Below are positions 30,100 through 40,076 of a DNA stretch of 64,000 nt, piece after piece. The notes beneath the pieces were generated by a model. The model was not told the DNA's origin and did no database searches. It worked only from the letters and a program-made list of their open reading frames with translations. The position numbers and the translations under genes are program-made. Position 1 is the first letter of the stretch. The number at the start of each line of letters is the position of its first letter. The stretch covers positions 96,001 to 160,000 of the forward strand of contig CAYLJV010000001.1 of assembly GCA_964384105.1 (NCBI GenBank), in the 5' to 3' direction. This DNA is from Candidatus Hadarchaeota archaeon. GTDB lineage: Archaea; Hadarchaeota; Hadarchaeia; Hadarchaeales; JAGGTB01.

Positions 30100-32409
30100 A
30101 TGATTAATATGATGGAAACACTGGCCAGGGCTTCTGAAAAGCGGCCGAAGGTAGTTGTGTTAGTGGTAGCCCTCGTTACCATTGCCATGATTTATGGTGC
30201 CTCCAATTTGACAATGTCTACCGAAACCGAAGCCTTTCTTCCAGAGGATTATACTTCGGTTAGAGTGACCAACATTCTTGAGAATAGAGGAGAAGATTCT
30301 ATCAACGAGATATTGCTAGTGGAGGGCGGAGATCTGACTAGTGCAGACTCTTTCCGGTTATTGTTTGAATTGCAGCAAAGTCTTTTGCAAGATCCCTCTT
30401 TTGAAAATTACATTAGTAGAATACAATCCTATCCCAGCTATCTTGTTCCAAACATTGAAGAACAAGTTGATAATTGGAGATCGCTATCGGATTCTCAACT
30501 TGAGGCAGTGATAGATCAGCTTATACAGAGATCTGAGATCAAACAACAGATAAATGCTTTCCTCTCCGAAAATCGGGATGCTACTCTAATTGTTTTATCC
30601 TTAAATGGGCAGTTGCCTTTGTCGGAACTATACGAGGGAACAGAAGAACTTCGCGATTTTTCTGAGCAGTTTAACAAAAACAATGAAGCCCTAAAATCGG
30701 GGGTTACGGGCTCCATAAGTATGGAATTGGATACCCAGGGGATGATGAATAGAGATAATCAGATTTTGATTCCTGCCGCTATTGTATTGATAATCATAAT
30801 TCTATATTTTGCTTTCAGACGTTTTTCTGATGTTGGTCTTCCCTTCCTTGTGCTTGGTTTAGGGGCAATTTGGATGGTTGGTGCGATGGGCTATCTCGGG
30901 ATTTCTTTTAATATGATCTACGTAGCACTTGTTCCGATTATTTTGGGTGTTGGTATTGATTATACCATTCACATGTTGAACCGTTATTACGAAGAAAGGG
31001 GTAAGGGTATAGCCGTTGAGAAGTCTGCGTTAACATCAGTGAGAAATGTCGGTGTTGCAATTCTTTTGACCGCAGTTACTACGATTATAGGATTTTCTTC
31101 TTTCGGAATTTCCGACATGCCACCTATCAGAGATTTTGGTTTTCTTGCTGCTGGTGGGGTCTTTTTCATTTTCATTCTTGCCATGACTCTACTTCCCTCG
31201 CTCTTGGTTCTTAGAGACCGAGGGGGAGAGGAGGAAATAAGAGATAGGGGAGAGCGAAGAGAGGATAAAGTAGGAAAAGCTCTCTCTAAGTTGGAGATGG
31301 GGGTCCAAAGCCATGGAAAATCAATATTGGTCATCGCAGGTGTTGTTACTGTTTTGGCTGTAGTTCCTGCTCTTGGTGTTACGACTACGATGTCCTTTGA
31401 CATGTTCCTTCCAAGTGGTATAGACTCGGTGGAGACCATGAATAAAGTTGAAACTTACTTTGGTGGACAGGGTGGGTTCAGTGAGGATTATGTTCTTGTT
31501 CAAGGTGACGTGACTTCACCTCAATCCCTCGAGGAGATGTATAGCTTGCAGAATTCTGTGTTGTCGGATCCCGAGAGTGAGGGCTTGATTATTAGGTCTT
31601 CTAGTCTTGCAGATTTGATTCTTTATTCAACCGGAGGCGATATGCCGCAGACGAAAGAACAGGTGGAAATGATTTTGGCTAGTCTGAGAGCAGAGAGGCC
31701 TGAACAACTTGATCGGTTTTTGATTACGGAAGACAAAGCGGTAGTTCGATTTTCTATGAGTGCGGAAACTGACAAAGAGATGGAGGAGGCAACCAATATA
31801 ATCAGGGCTCACGTGAGGCAGTTATCGGGGCAACAGACAGAGTTAGATTACACTCTTGATGGTGAGCCGGCCGTTGGAGGTCCTCCTGCTATTATATCGG
31901 ATATTATGGGTAGCATAGAGCCGAGTATGAGAAACTCTATTCTCTTGGCGATAATACTGGTGGTCGTAGTTTTGTCTTTGGTATTTAGGTCAATTTTTGT
32001 GGGAATAGTTGGGGCTATACCCGTTTCTATAGCTCTCGTCTGGGAGCTGGGAACCCTTGGTTGTTTGGGTTGGTCCTTGGATGTTATGAATATGATGGTC
32101 TCAGCCTTGGCCATAGGTATTGGAGTTGATTTTGCGATTCATATAACGCATAGATTCCAAGAGGAGTGGAAAAATAATGGTAAATCTCCTGAAGAGGCTA
32201 TTTCTATAACGATCCAGAGCGTTGGTCGTGCAATAACGGCGGCGGCCGCTACTACTATCGGTGTATTTGTTGTTCTCTCACTCTCCAGAATGCCGCCTAT
32301 AGCGAGGTTTGGTCAGATATCGGCGCTGGTGATATTCTTCTCTCTAGTTGGTGCTCTATTGATTTTGCCATCAGCTCTACTAGCTTATGCTAGGTGGAAG
32401 GGAGAATAG
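30100..32409 (+). CDS. RND/MMPL family transporter
   Basis: Duplicated 1+5 TM architecture with GVGIDY and GIGVDF motifs. Confidence 0.92.
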   Translation: MINMMETLARASEKRPKVVVLVVALVTIAMIYGASNLTMSTETEAFLPEDYTSVRVTNILENRGEDSINEILLVEGGDLTSADSFRLLFELQQSLLQDPSFENYISRIQSYPSYLVPNIEEQVDNWRSLSDSQLEAVIDQLIQRSEIKQQINAFLSENRDATLIVLSLNGQLPLSELYEGTEELRDFSEQFNKNNEALKSGVTGSISMELDTQGMMNRDNQILIPAAIVLIIIILYFAFRRFSDVGLPFLVLGLGAIWMVGAMGYLGISFNMIYVALVPIILGVGIDYTIHMLNRYYEERGKGIAVEKSALTSVRNVGVAILLTAVTTIIGFSSFGISDMPPIRDFGFLAAGGVFFIFILAMTLLPSLLVLRDRGGEEEIRDRGERREDKVGKALSKLEMGVQSHGKSILVIAGVVTVLAVVPALGVTTTMSFDMFLPSGIDSVETMNKVETYFGGQGGFSEDYVLVQGDVTSPQSLEEMYSLQNSVLSDPESEGLIIRSSSLADLILYSTGGDMPQTKEQVEMILASLRAERPEQLDRFLITEDKAVVRFSMSAETDKEMEEATNIIRAHVRQLSGQQTELDYTLDGEPAVGGPPAIISDIMGSIEPSMRNSILLAIILVVVVLSLVFRSIFVGIVGAIPVSIALVWELGTLGCLGWSLDVMNMMVSALAIGIGVDFAIHITHRFQEEWKNNGKSPEEAISITIQSVGRAITAAAATTIGVFVVLSLSRMPPIARFGQISALVIFFSLVGALLILPSALLAYARWKGE

Positions 32410-32545
32410 TATCCGAGTCGGTAATATTTCAGGGATTTTGGGTTTTTTTCGGAGCTTGGGGTATATAAATAGATAATAGACGTGAGGTCTATTTGTGAAT
32501 ATAGACTTTTTACATGTTTTGGTTGATTCGAACAAGAGGCTCTGA

Positions 32546-33205
32546 TTAGTCAATTCCCCGAAGAAGACGGCTTAATCGAATTACTTCTTGAGTTTCTCCA
32601 ACTAGTACTACTCGATCTCCCTTTTTAAATGAGGTATGGCCTCTAGGAGGTATGAGTTTACCATCTCTAGTTATCATGGCTACTGTACAAAGTTCAGGTA
32701 TTTTGAGTTCTTCTATGGTTTTGCCGATAGCATTGGAATGGTCTGTTACTGTAACTTCGAGCACTTCAGCTTTATTTCCTCCAAGTGTTAAGATACCGTA
32801 TATTTCGGGTCCTGTCAAAGCCTTTTCGAATAAACCAGCTGAAGCATTAATAGAACTTATCGCTGCATCTGCCCCCAGGTCTTGGAACATTTTTGCATGA
32901 TCGCTTTTGTTTACTCTTGCAACTACTCGAGGAATTCCAAAGTTTTTGGCGATTTTACAGGCCATTAAATTAACCTCATCATCGCCCGCCAATGCCGCAA
33001 GCGCATCGACTTTTTTTCCACCGGCTTTTTCAACGTCGTCCATGTCGGAACCGCTTCCATGGATAACGGGGCAGTCCAACTTTTTAGTCAATTCAAAAAC
33101 TCTGTCTTCGTCTATCTCTATGATTGTTGGTTCGTGTCCAGTATTTAGTAGCCTATTCGCTACTTGAACTCCTGTTCTTCCGCCGCCCACTATAACAATC
33201 TGCAT
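32546..33205 (-). CDS. trkA: TrkA-family K+ transport regulatory subunit
   Basis: GGGRTG RCK_N plus RCK_C (IPPRG). Confidence 0.9.
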   Translation of the reverse strand: MQIVIVGGGRTGVQVANRLLNTGHEPTIIEIDEDRVFELTKKLDCPVIHGSGSDMDDVEKAGGKKVDALAALAGDDEVNLMACKIAKNFGIPRVVARVNKSDHAKMFQDLGADAAISSINASAGLFEKALTGPEIYGILTLGGNKAEVLEVTVTDHSNAIGKTIEELKIPELCTVAMITRDGKLIPPRGHTSFKKGDRVVLVGETQEVIRLSRLLRGID

Positions 33206-33330
33206 TCTATCCTGAGTTGGCTTTAACGTTTTAATATATTTAACTTTTTCTTAATTATAGGGATTCTTTTTACTAATTTATCATTTTATTTATAAATTAA
33301 ATTACATATTAAATAATAAAAGAAATTGGG

Positions 33331-34128
33331 GTGATGGAAAAATTGTTTAAACATTCCATAGACACTTTTAAGGGTATGGGCTCAAGAATTGATGAAATTG
33401 ATAGGCGTATACTGTACAGGCTAGTACAGGACTCGCGGAATACTTCTACTCCAGAGATTGCTGAAGAAGTAAATGTTTCTCCTGGGACTATTAGAAACAG
33501 AATAAATCAACTTGAAGATGAGGGAATAATTCTTGGTTACCATGCAAACATCAATTACGAAAAAGTAGGCAATAGGTTGGTTAATCTCTTTAAGTGCTCT
33601 TCTTCGGTTAGAAATAGGCAGAAACTTGTGAAAAAAGTTCTGCAAGTTCCAGGTGTAATCGGTGTTAGTGAGATAATGTCTGGAGATGAGGATCTTCATA
33701 TAAAGGCTGTTGCTGAAAGTACTGAAGATATAAGGAGAATTGCTAATGATTTGATAGAGCTTAACATAGAAATCACGGATGAAGATTTGGTCTTGAGAGA
33801 ATACTTTCATCCTTATCACAAGTTTGGGCCTAAAGGAAAGAAAATAGAATCTATGGTTGATTTTAGGAGAATCACTGGAGGGGCGGAGACCGCCAATTTT
33901 ACAGTTCCTGAAGGGGTTCCAGTCGAAGGAAAAACGGTCAAAGAGATAAATGATATGGGTCTTTTGGATAGGAATGCCTTACTTTTGGCCGTAGAAAGAG
34001 AAGATAAGACTATTACCCCAAAGGGAAATACGACAATTAAAACTGGTGATATTGTAACTATCTTTTCTCCTACAGGTATTGCCAAGGAAACTCTCAGAGC
34101 ATTTACTACCCTAGAAAAGAATAGATGA
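33331..34128 (+). CDS. Lrp/AsnC regulator fused to a TrkA_C (RCK_C) domain
   Basis: IDEIDRRIL...TIRNRINQLEDEGII HTH plus C-terminal PKGNTTIKTGDIV. Confidence 0.88.
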   Translation: MMEKLFKHSIDTFKGMGSRIDEIDRRILYRLVQDSRNTSTPEIAEEVNVSPGTIRNRINQLEDEGIILGYHANINYEKVGNRLVNLFKCSSSVRNRQKLVKKVLQVPGVIGVSEIMSGDEDLHIKAVAESTEDIRRIANDLIELNIEITDEDLVLREYFHPYHKFGPKGKKIESMVDFRRITGGAETANFTVPEGVPVEGKTVKEINDMGLLDRNALLLAVEREDKTITPKGNTTIKTGDIVTIFSPTGIAKETLRAFTTLEKNR

Positions 34129-34192
34129 CCGACTGGTCTATTATCGATAAATTTTATCTTCCTATTTTGTAGAGTGTAGGTGGGATATAATT

Positions 34193-34497
34193 TTGAATGT
34201 TACTACTACGAACTCTATAGAGGGTAAGAAAATTCGGAAGTATCTAGGCGTTGTTTCTGGCGCGGCGATTATGGGTGCGAATATTATGTGAGATTTCTTA
34301 GCGGATATAAGAGATGTTGTTGCTGGAAGGTCTGGACAATACGAGAAGGAGAGAGGGGGTAGGCCTTGAGAGACCTCGAAGCAGGAGCCGAGGAATTAGG
34401 TGCCGATGCAGTTATGGGTGTTGGTCTAGATTACGAAGAAATGGGAGAGGGTATTCTGTGGATAACCGCCACTGGAACGGCTGTCAAGCCGGAATAG
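34193..34497 (+). pseudogene. YbjQ/UPF0145 family pseudogene
   Basis: TTTNSIEGKKI...GANIM*DFLADIRD..GRSGQYE, then a frameshift, then GADAVMG..LDYE...ATGTAVK. In-frame TGA at 34289-91. Confidence 0.85.
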
Positions 34498-34544
34498 TTA
34501 CCTTATGAAGTAGATATTTTTCCTGAATTTTACTATGGGTGAAG

Positions 34545-35606
34545 TTATTTCTCTGTTTCCAGCAAGTTTTCCAAGATATCGGCCCAAGCTTGACTGAATC
34601 CCCTTTCTTCCTTAGGTCTGAATTCTTGGTCTGCTCTTTTTTTCATTTCGACTTTTACCTCTTTCAATTTCTTCCTGGAGTAGGTTCCGTCTGAAATTTT
34701 TTGAACTAAAGTCAGTTCATGATCTGAATCTATGGCTGCCAGAACACCTTTCAAAGCTTGCCTGTATCCAATGTTCTTTCCAGATTCCTCCCTAAATTTT
34801 CGAGCAAATTTTGATATTTCTTCCGCTCGTCCTTCTCGGAGACTCGGTATTTTGATTAAGTTTTCCAAGGAAGCTTCTGCTATGTTTTTGATTGAATAAT
34901 ATCCATATTCTTGGATTTCTTTTGCTACAGAGGCTTCTGTAATGTCCATGAGTCGTTTTTTTTCTTGTTCTTTTGCCGCTAGTATGATTTTATCCGAAGT
35001 TTTTGTCCCTATTTTTGGTAATTTCTCTAATTCCGAAGGATCAGTATTTGCTAATATGTTGGTGGAGTAATACCCGTGTTTAAATAGTTCTTTGGCTCTG
35101 TCCTTTCCTACTCCATGTAACTCTTCTACTTCTTTTTTGAGTTTTTGCGCCGCATAGTTTTTTATCTTTTTAGCGCTCTTTCTCCCTATCTTGGGTATCT
35201 TTGCTAGCTCTTTTGCGGAAGTCGTGTGAAGGTCCTCGAGGGACGTATATCCTTCTTTCCAGATTTCTTCTGCTCTATCTTTTCCAACCCCTGGAATCGA
35301 CTCTATTCTTTTTTTCAAAAACGCTTGAGCAGATTTTTTTATCTTTTTTGCTTTTCCTTCACTTAAACAAGGGATTTTTATAATTTTCTCGAGCGGGGCG
35401 GATCCTAGGCTCTCTATCGAATCGTATCCATACATTTGAATCTCATGCGCTTCTTTTGGTCCGATTCCAGGAAGTTCTTCGATCTTTGTGGAACCATAAC
35501 CATTCATTTTCTCTTCTTTCAGTACTTTTTCGATCAGTTTTTTTACTTTCTCTCGATTTTTTTCTTTTATAGCCGTTACAAAACGAGTCAACTCTTTTTC
35601 TGTCAC
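34545..35606 (-). CDS. Protein with four tandem (HhH)2 repeats inside a helical domain
   Basis: Repeats of about 59 aa (LPGIGP, IPGVGK, LHGVGK...GY-x-S). Confidence 0.85.
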   Translation of the reverse strand: MTEKELTRFVTAIKEKNREKVKKLIEKVLKEEKMNGYGSTKIEELPGIGPKEAHEIQMYGYDSIESLGSAPLEKIIKIPCLSEGKAKKIKKSAQAFLKKRIESIPGVGKDRAEEIWKEGYTSLEDLHTTSAKELAKIPKIGRKSAKKIKNYAAQKLKKEVEELHGVGKDRAKELFKHGYYSTNILANTDPSELEKLPKIGTKTSDKIILAAKEQEKKRLMDITEASVAKEIQEYGYYSIKNIAEASLENLIKIPSLREGRAEEISKFARKFREESGKNIGYRQALKGVLAAIDSDHELTLVQKISDGTYSRKKLKEVKVEMKKRADQEFRPKEERGFSQAWADILENLLETEK

Positions 35607-35799
35607 AAATTACCCCCCTTTTTTTCGAAATTACTTCTATTGGTGACCTGTAATAGACTTATCCGATTGTCCTTATGACCTGTTTATCAGTGTTGAATAA
35701 ATTGAGCAAACTCGGAAAAGAGTTCTTTTTAGGGACAGAGATGTTGGAGAAGTGGGGTTTATTTATAAAGAGCATTTCTAATAACATATAAGGGGTAAT

Positions 35800-35970
35800 T
35801 TGAAAAAGCTTTTAGAAGATGAAAAGGCTCAAGGAGCTACCGAATATCTTCTGATCTTAGCCGGTGTTCTCGGTGTTGTGGCTATGGCGATTAGTTATAT
35901 AATTGAACTCGCAAATAAGGCCGAAGCAGCAGCAGAAAGCAATGCGGATAAAGTCTTTGAGAATCTTTGA
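35800..35970 (+). CDS. Class III signal peptide (pilin-like) small protein, 56 aa
   Basis: Manual translation: MKKLLEDEKAQGATEYLLILAGVLGVVAMAISY...; TTG start after AGGGG. Confidence 0.82.
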   Translation: MKKLLEDEKAQGATEYLLILAGVLGVVAMAISYIIELANKAEAAAESNADKVFENL

Positions 35971-36102
35971 ATGAGTTGATGTTTAGCTCTTTTTCCGTTT
36001 GTCGTTAGAAACGAGTCTTTGGTCCTTTGTATAGTGTAACAAAAATCCAATAGCATATCAAAATTCTATAAAAAATAGTTTTAATTTAAACTTTGCAAGG
36101 GC

Positions 36103-36228
36103 CTAATCCTTTTTCTCTTCACCTTTGGAAACTATTGTTAGTTCTGCGCCGCAAACTGAACACTTTGCATCTTTAGTGATTCTAGGCTCTTCGTCTACCT
36201 CTTTACCACAAAGGCCACATTTAGGCAT
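36103..36228 (-). CDS. 41-aa double-CxxC zinc-ribbon protein
   Basis: Manual translation: MPKCGLCGKEVDEEPRITKDAKCSVCGAELTIVSKGEEKKD. Confidence 0.7.
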   Translation of the reverse strand: MPKCGLCGKEVDEEPRITKDAKCSVCGAELTIVSKGEEKKD

Positions 36229-36335
36229 TACATTCACATTCCGACTTTTCAGCCGTTTTTATTTATAAATTCAAACTAAATAAATGGTTCCTAAAATTTT
36301 CTTTTTAAGCAATATGTCTAGAAACAAATCAAAAA

Positions 36336-37004
36336 TCACTTTATACCAAAGGCCTCTGCTGCCTCCATTATACTCTCGGACTTCCCTGAGAGAAATACTC
36401 TATCGTTTGCCTTTATTTCCTCATTACCTCGGGGTATTATGAAACTGTCCTCTCTGTATATGCCTGCGAAGACACAGTTATCCGGAAACTTGTCTTCCAT
36501 TATTATCTCAGCTATTCGTTTATCCCTAAGAGGAGAATCCTCTGGTATCTCTACAATAAATATTGAAGCTTCACCGGACCCTAGGTCAACTACCTTTTTC
36601 ACGGATGGGTGTTCAATTTCTAGAAGAATAGAGTCCATATATATGTCTACAGTATTTAGGGCTCTCTTGGCCCCTGCTACGTTATAAGCAACTTTGTAAG
36701 ACGGGTCCCTCATCCTTACCAGAATGTTTGGAACGTTAAATGCGTTAGAGAGTATAGTAAAAGAAAGATTAGCTGAGTCTTTCCCTATCAGGCCGATGCA
36801 AACATCAGCTTTTTCTATCCCTGCTTTTTTAAGAATCTCTATATTTGAAGCGTCCCCGCAAATCACATTTGCACCAGTATCCATACTGACCCTGTTACAA
36901 GCATCTCCATCAATATCTATTACAATGACATCGTGGCCTCGTTCCACTAGTTCTTCCGTGACTCTTCTTCCAACCTGTCCAGCTCCCGCAACAATTATAT
37001 GCAA
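36336..37004 (-). CDS. trkA: TrkA-family K+ transport regulatory subunit
   Basis: GAGQVG, GDAS and IIPRG motifs; downstream of trkH. Confidence 0.92.
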   Translation of the reverse strand: MHIIVAGAGQVGRRVTEELVERGHDVIVIDIDGDACNRVSMDTGANVICGDASNIEILKKAGIEKADVCIGLIGKDSANLSFTILSNAFNVPNILVRMRDPSYKVAYNVAGAKRALNTVDIYMDSILLEIEHPSVKKVVDLGSGEASIFIVEIPEDSPLRDKRIAEIIMEDKFPDNCVFAGIYREDSFIIPRGNEEIKANDRVFLSGKSESIMEAAEAFGIK

Positions 37005-37015
37005 GTTACCACACC

Positions 37016-38496
37016 TTAAGCTTTCCAGACCTCTTTATTTAAAAGTATAAATATCGGCAGTACTTCCAACCTCCCTACAAGCATTGCAAATATATAAAAG
37101 GATTTAACTACTGCGTTCAAGCTCGCCATCTCTGCTACTGAAAGATAGCTAGGACCTATATTCCCAAGAGCCGAGAATATCCCTGAAAAAGATTCTAAAG
37201 GCCCATAACCAGAGAAAAGGGCAGTGACGAACCCACCCATAACCAGAATCAAAATCCATGTACCGATGATAATAAAAATTCTTTCCAGGTCACTTCTATC
37301 AATCTTTTCTCCATCGACCATCAGTGGTGTAAGCATTTCTCTCGGCCTGGAAGCTCTTTTCATCCGATTCCAAATACCTTTTATCATTATCCCAACCCTT
37401 CTTACCTTTACTCCACCACCTGTAGAACTCACACAACCTCCGATGACCATTAGTATTAGAAAGACCTGCTTCGCCAACGCACCAAAAAATTCACTACCGA
37501 TGAATCTGGTTTGATAACCAGTTGTTGTAGCTACAGAAACAACCTGAAAACTGTATTCCTGAACAAAGGTTCTATCGCATGGTCAAATATGCCAACCTCG
37601 TACATGATGAAGAATGTAGATAAACCTAGTATAGCCCACCACATTTTCATCTCAAGATTATTCCAAAGGGAACTCAATTTGCCTTTCAAAACTTGATAGT
37701 GAACTACAAAATTTGTCCCCCCAAGAAACATGAAAAAGATCACGGTGTATTCGATAAGTTTGTAATTTTCGAATCCATTGATTCTATAGAATTCGATACT
37801 AGCATTATGTGGGGAAAATCCTCCAGTTGACAAAGTAGTGAAGGCATGATTTACCGCATCAAAAAGAGTTGTTCCCTCAGCCCAAAGTAAAAGGACCATT
37901 AAGGCCGTGAAGCCTCCAAAAATCATCCATAAATATTTTATAGTTCTCGCAATATTTGGCACGGGTTTGCTAGCCTTAATCTTATGAGACTCTCCTCTGT
38001 AGAGTATGTGTTCTGATATTCCTTTTCTACCAATGAAAAGAAAGAAAGACAGTATTCCTAAACCACCTATCCACTGAATCAAACTTCTCCAGAAAATTAG
38101 TGATTTTGGAAATGGGTCCAGATTAGTTATCATCGTGATACCCGTCGTGGTGAATCCACTTACGGCTTCAAAGTATGAATTTATGAAGCTCATATCTGAG
38201 ATTATTAAAAAGGGAAATGAACAGAAAAAAGAAATAATTATCCAAGCTAGACCAGTAAGGAAAAGGCCTTGGACTAGATTTAGTCTTCTGCACTCGAATT
38301 TTTTGTTAAAAATTAAACCAAAGAAAATAGACAAAACTCCAGGAATTATATATCCCAAATAAATGTTATTCCCCAGATAGGTCCACTCTTGGTAAACCAA
38401 CCCAACAAAAATCGGTATAAGACAAACTATACCAATAAGTATGAGAATTCTTCCTAAATGTCCAAGCGAGTACCTCAAATTTTTCGGCAAATTCAT
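37016..38496 (-). pseudogene. trkH: TrkH K+ channel split by a one-base frameshift near 37547-37550 (real lesion or sequencing error)
   Basis: Pore motifs SGFTTTG, LSTGGF, ATTTGY and GNIGP fall in two frames. Adding one T to GTTTT-CAG restores VFQVVSVATTTGY. Confidence 0.88.
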
Positions 38497-38871
38497 ATTA
38501 TCGAATCTGCGATGGTTTCATTATTTTTATTAAAGGATAGATTAAAACGCTCTTTTTTTATTTTCACGGTAAACCTTCCAAAATCAATAAACTCAGTATC
38601 TCATCTTCTTGATACTTATGTAAAATTTTCGTCGTAATTAAAACAACTATAAAAAATATCTACAATATTGAGAAAATTACCTCTGCCAAAATCTTAACGG
38701 GCTAAATTTCGGGGTCTTGCCGAGGATCTGAGCCCAATGCAGCTAATACGGGAATTTATCTAATGAAGAATAGAGATAGGAATCAGGAACTCAAATCAAA
38801 GATTTCAAAAGACGTGAGGCCTCCGGAATAAAGAAATAGTGAAAACCCGCATTACCCATCGGGTTAAGACT

Positions 38872-39468
38872 ATGATTCCATTTGAAGCTCTCGAGGGATT
38901 GGCTCAACAATATGGTTATATCGGCTTCTTTTTGGCTGCGTTTTTGTCATCCACAATAATACCTTTTTCGGTAGAAGCGCTTTTGTTCTTTGCCATAGGG
39001 CTGGGAATGGGCGCAGTTCAAACAGTCTTTTTGTTTACTGTGGCCTCTACATTAGGAGGATTAACCACTTATCTAATTGGATTTTCTGGAGGGAAAATTC
39101 TTGGAAAAAAAATCGAATCCGGAAAAATAAATAGATATAAAAAAGCCGTCGATCGAGGGGGACCCCCAATGATCTTTTTGGCGGCATTTACTCCGCTACC
39201 ATACGAACTTTTCTCTCTTCCTTCGGGACTTTTAAGGATGAATATATACCTTTTTCTGATATCTACCGCAGCCGGGAGAGCTTTAAGGTTCAGTTTAATT
39301 GTGCTTTTTGGAAGAAAGGTACTAGAAATAACTCACTCAGGAAATTGGGGTCTGTTAGCAGTCTTCATAGTAGTAGGTTTGACTATTATAGTACTTTCGA
39401 GTTATTTTTCTTGGAAGGTGATAAAATCGGGGGAGGGGGACACTGAAGAAAATGGAAACTCAAGTTGA
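38872..39468 (+). CDS. DedA/YqaA (VTT domain) membrane protein
   Basis: AFLSSTIIPFSVE, FTPLPYE and GRALRF motifs. Confidence 0.88.
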   Translation: MIPFEALEGLAQQYGYIGFFLAAFLSSTIIPFSVEALLFFAIGLGMGAVQTVFLFTVASTLGGLTTYLIGFSGGKILGKKIESGKINRYKKAVDRGGPPMIFLAAFTPLPYELFSLPSGLLRMNIYLFLISTAAGRALRFSLIVLFGRKVLEITHSGNWGLLAVFIVVGLTIIVLSSYFSWKVIKSGEGDTEENGNSS

Positions 39469-39556
39469 GACTAATCGACCCTTCGAAACTAAACACAAAA
39501 ATAAAACTTTCATTTTTTAGTAAAGTTTATATACCAGTAAGCAATGTTAAATTGCA

Positions 39557-39840
39557 GGGGTTTAGGAGGGAGTAAAAAAACACTTTAATTGTTTGAATCG
39601 ATCTTTGAGATTTTAATAAATCACATATCGCACTCCCGCCGGTGTCTTTTACCTTCTCTTGAATTCATCGAGTTTTCAGCATCGGCGGATTTGGTGTCTC
39701 TCAATAATTTTTAATCTCTTTGTTTAAGGTGGGGGACACCGGGGCCGGGCGATGCCGGCAGGCGATGCTTCGGTCGGCTACCGATCAGCTGCTTTGCAAC
39801 CTGCCCGCGAAAGGGTAACATTCCCGGCCCTTTACTCTCA
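39557..39840 (+). ncRNA. Putative structured ncRNA A, ending in the shared module 39742-39830
   Basis: TATA TTTATATA 39526-33; closing stem 39568-76/39831-39; 17-bp stem with G-U pairs; module shared with 57928-58027. Confidence 0.6.
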
Positions 39841-39905
39841 CTATCACAAGCTCAATTTTTTGAAATAATATGTCTTTCGGTTTTTTTTGGAACTTCTGCA
39901 CAAAG

Positions 39906-39937
39906 AAATTTTTTGTTATGGGTGTAACAAAAAATTT
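39906..39937. repeat. Palindrome AAATTTTTTGTTA-TGGGTG-TAACAAAAAATTT (copy 2)
   Basis: 13-bp perfect arms and the same 6-bp spacer as 8702-8727. Confidence 0.65.
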
Positions 39938-39998
39938 TAAATTCCAAGTATGTTGAGGAGATCTTCCTTAGATAGTTTTGCGAAGCGGTAGTGGGTTG

Positions 39999-40076
39999 TG
40001 GTGGGGCTGCCCGGATTTGAACCGGGGTCACTGGCACCCAAAGCCAGAAGGCTAGTCCTGACTACCCCACAGCCCC
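39999..40076 (-). tRNA. tRNA-Pro(TGG), CCA end encoded
   Basis: GGGGCTG/CAGCCCC-A-CCA; anticodon arm CTGGC-TTTGGGT-GCCAG. Confidence 0.95.

Noticed and set aside
34289-34291. TGA as selenocysteine or readthrough in ybjQ
   Set aside because: It aligns to Arg rather than Cys, and a second frameshift follows.
38699-38762. GGGCT...AGCCC hairpin followed by AATGCAGC, faintly twister-like
   Set aside because: Element order and pseudoknot pairings do not fit; single copy only.
39742-39830. Shared module as an HDV-like, hairpin or twister ribozyme, SRP helix 8, H/ACA RNA or c-di-AMP riboswitch
   Set aside because: Only short look-alikes were found (CCC-TTTCGC-GGG on the minus strand, GGTAACATTCCTGGT, GGGGGAC...TCAGCT). 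The required pseudoknots, AGAAACA strand, ACA box and downstream gene are missing.
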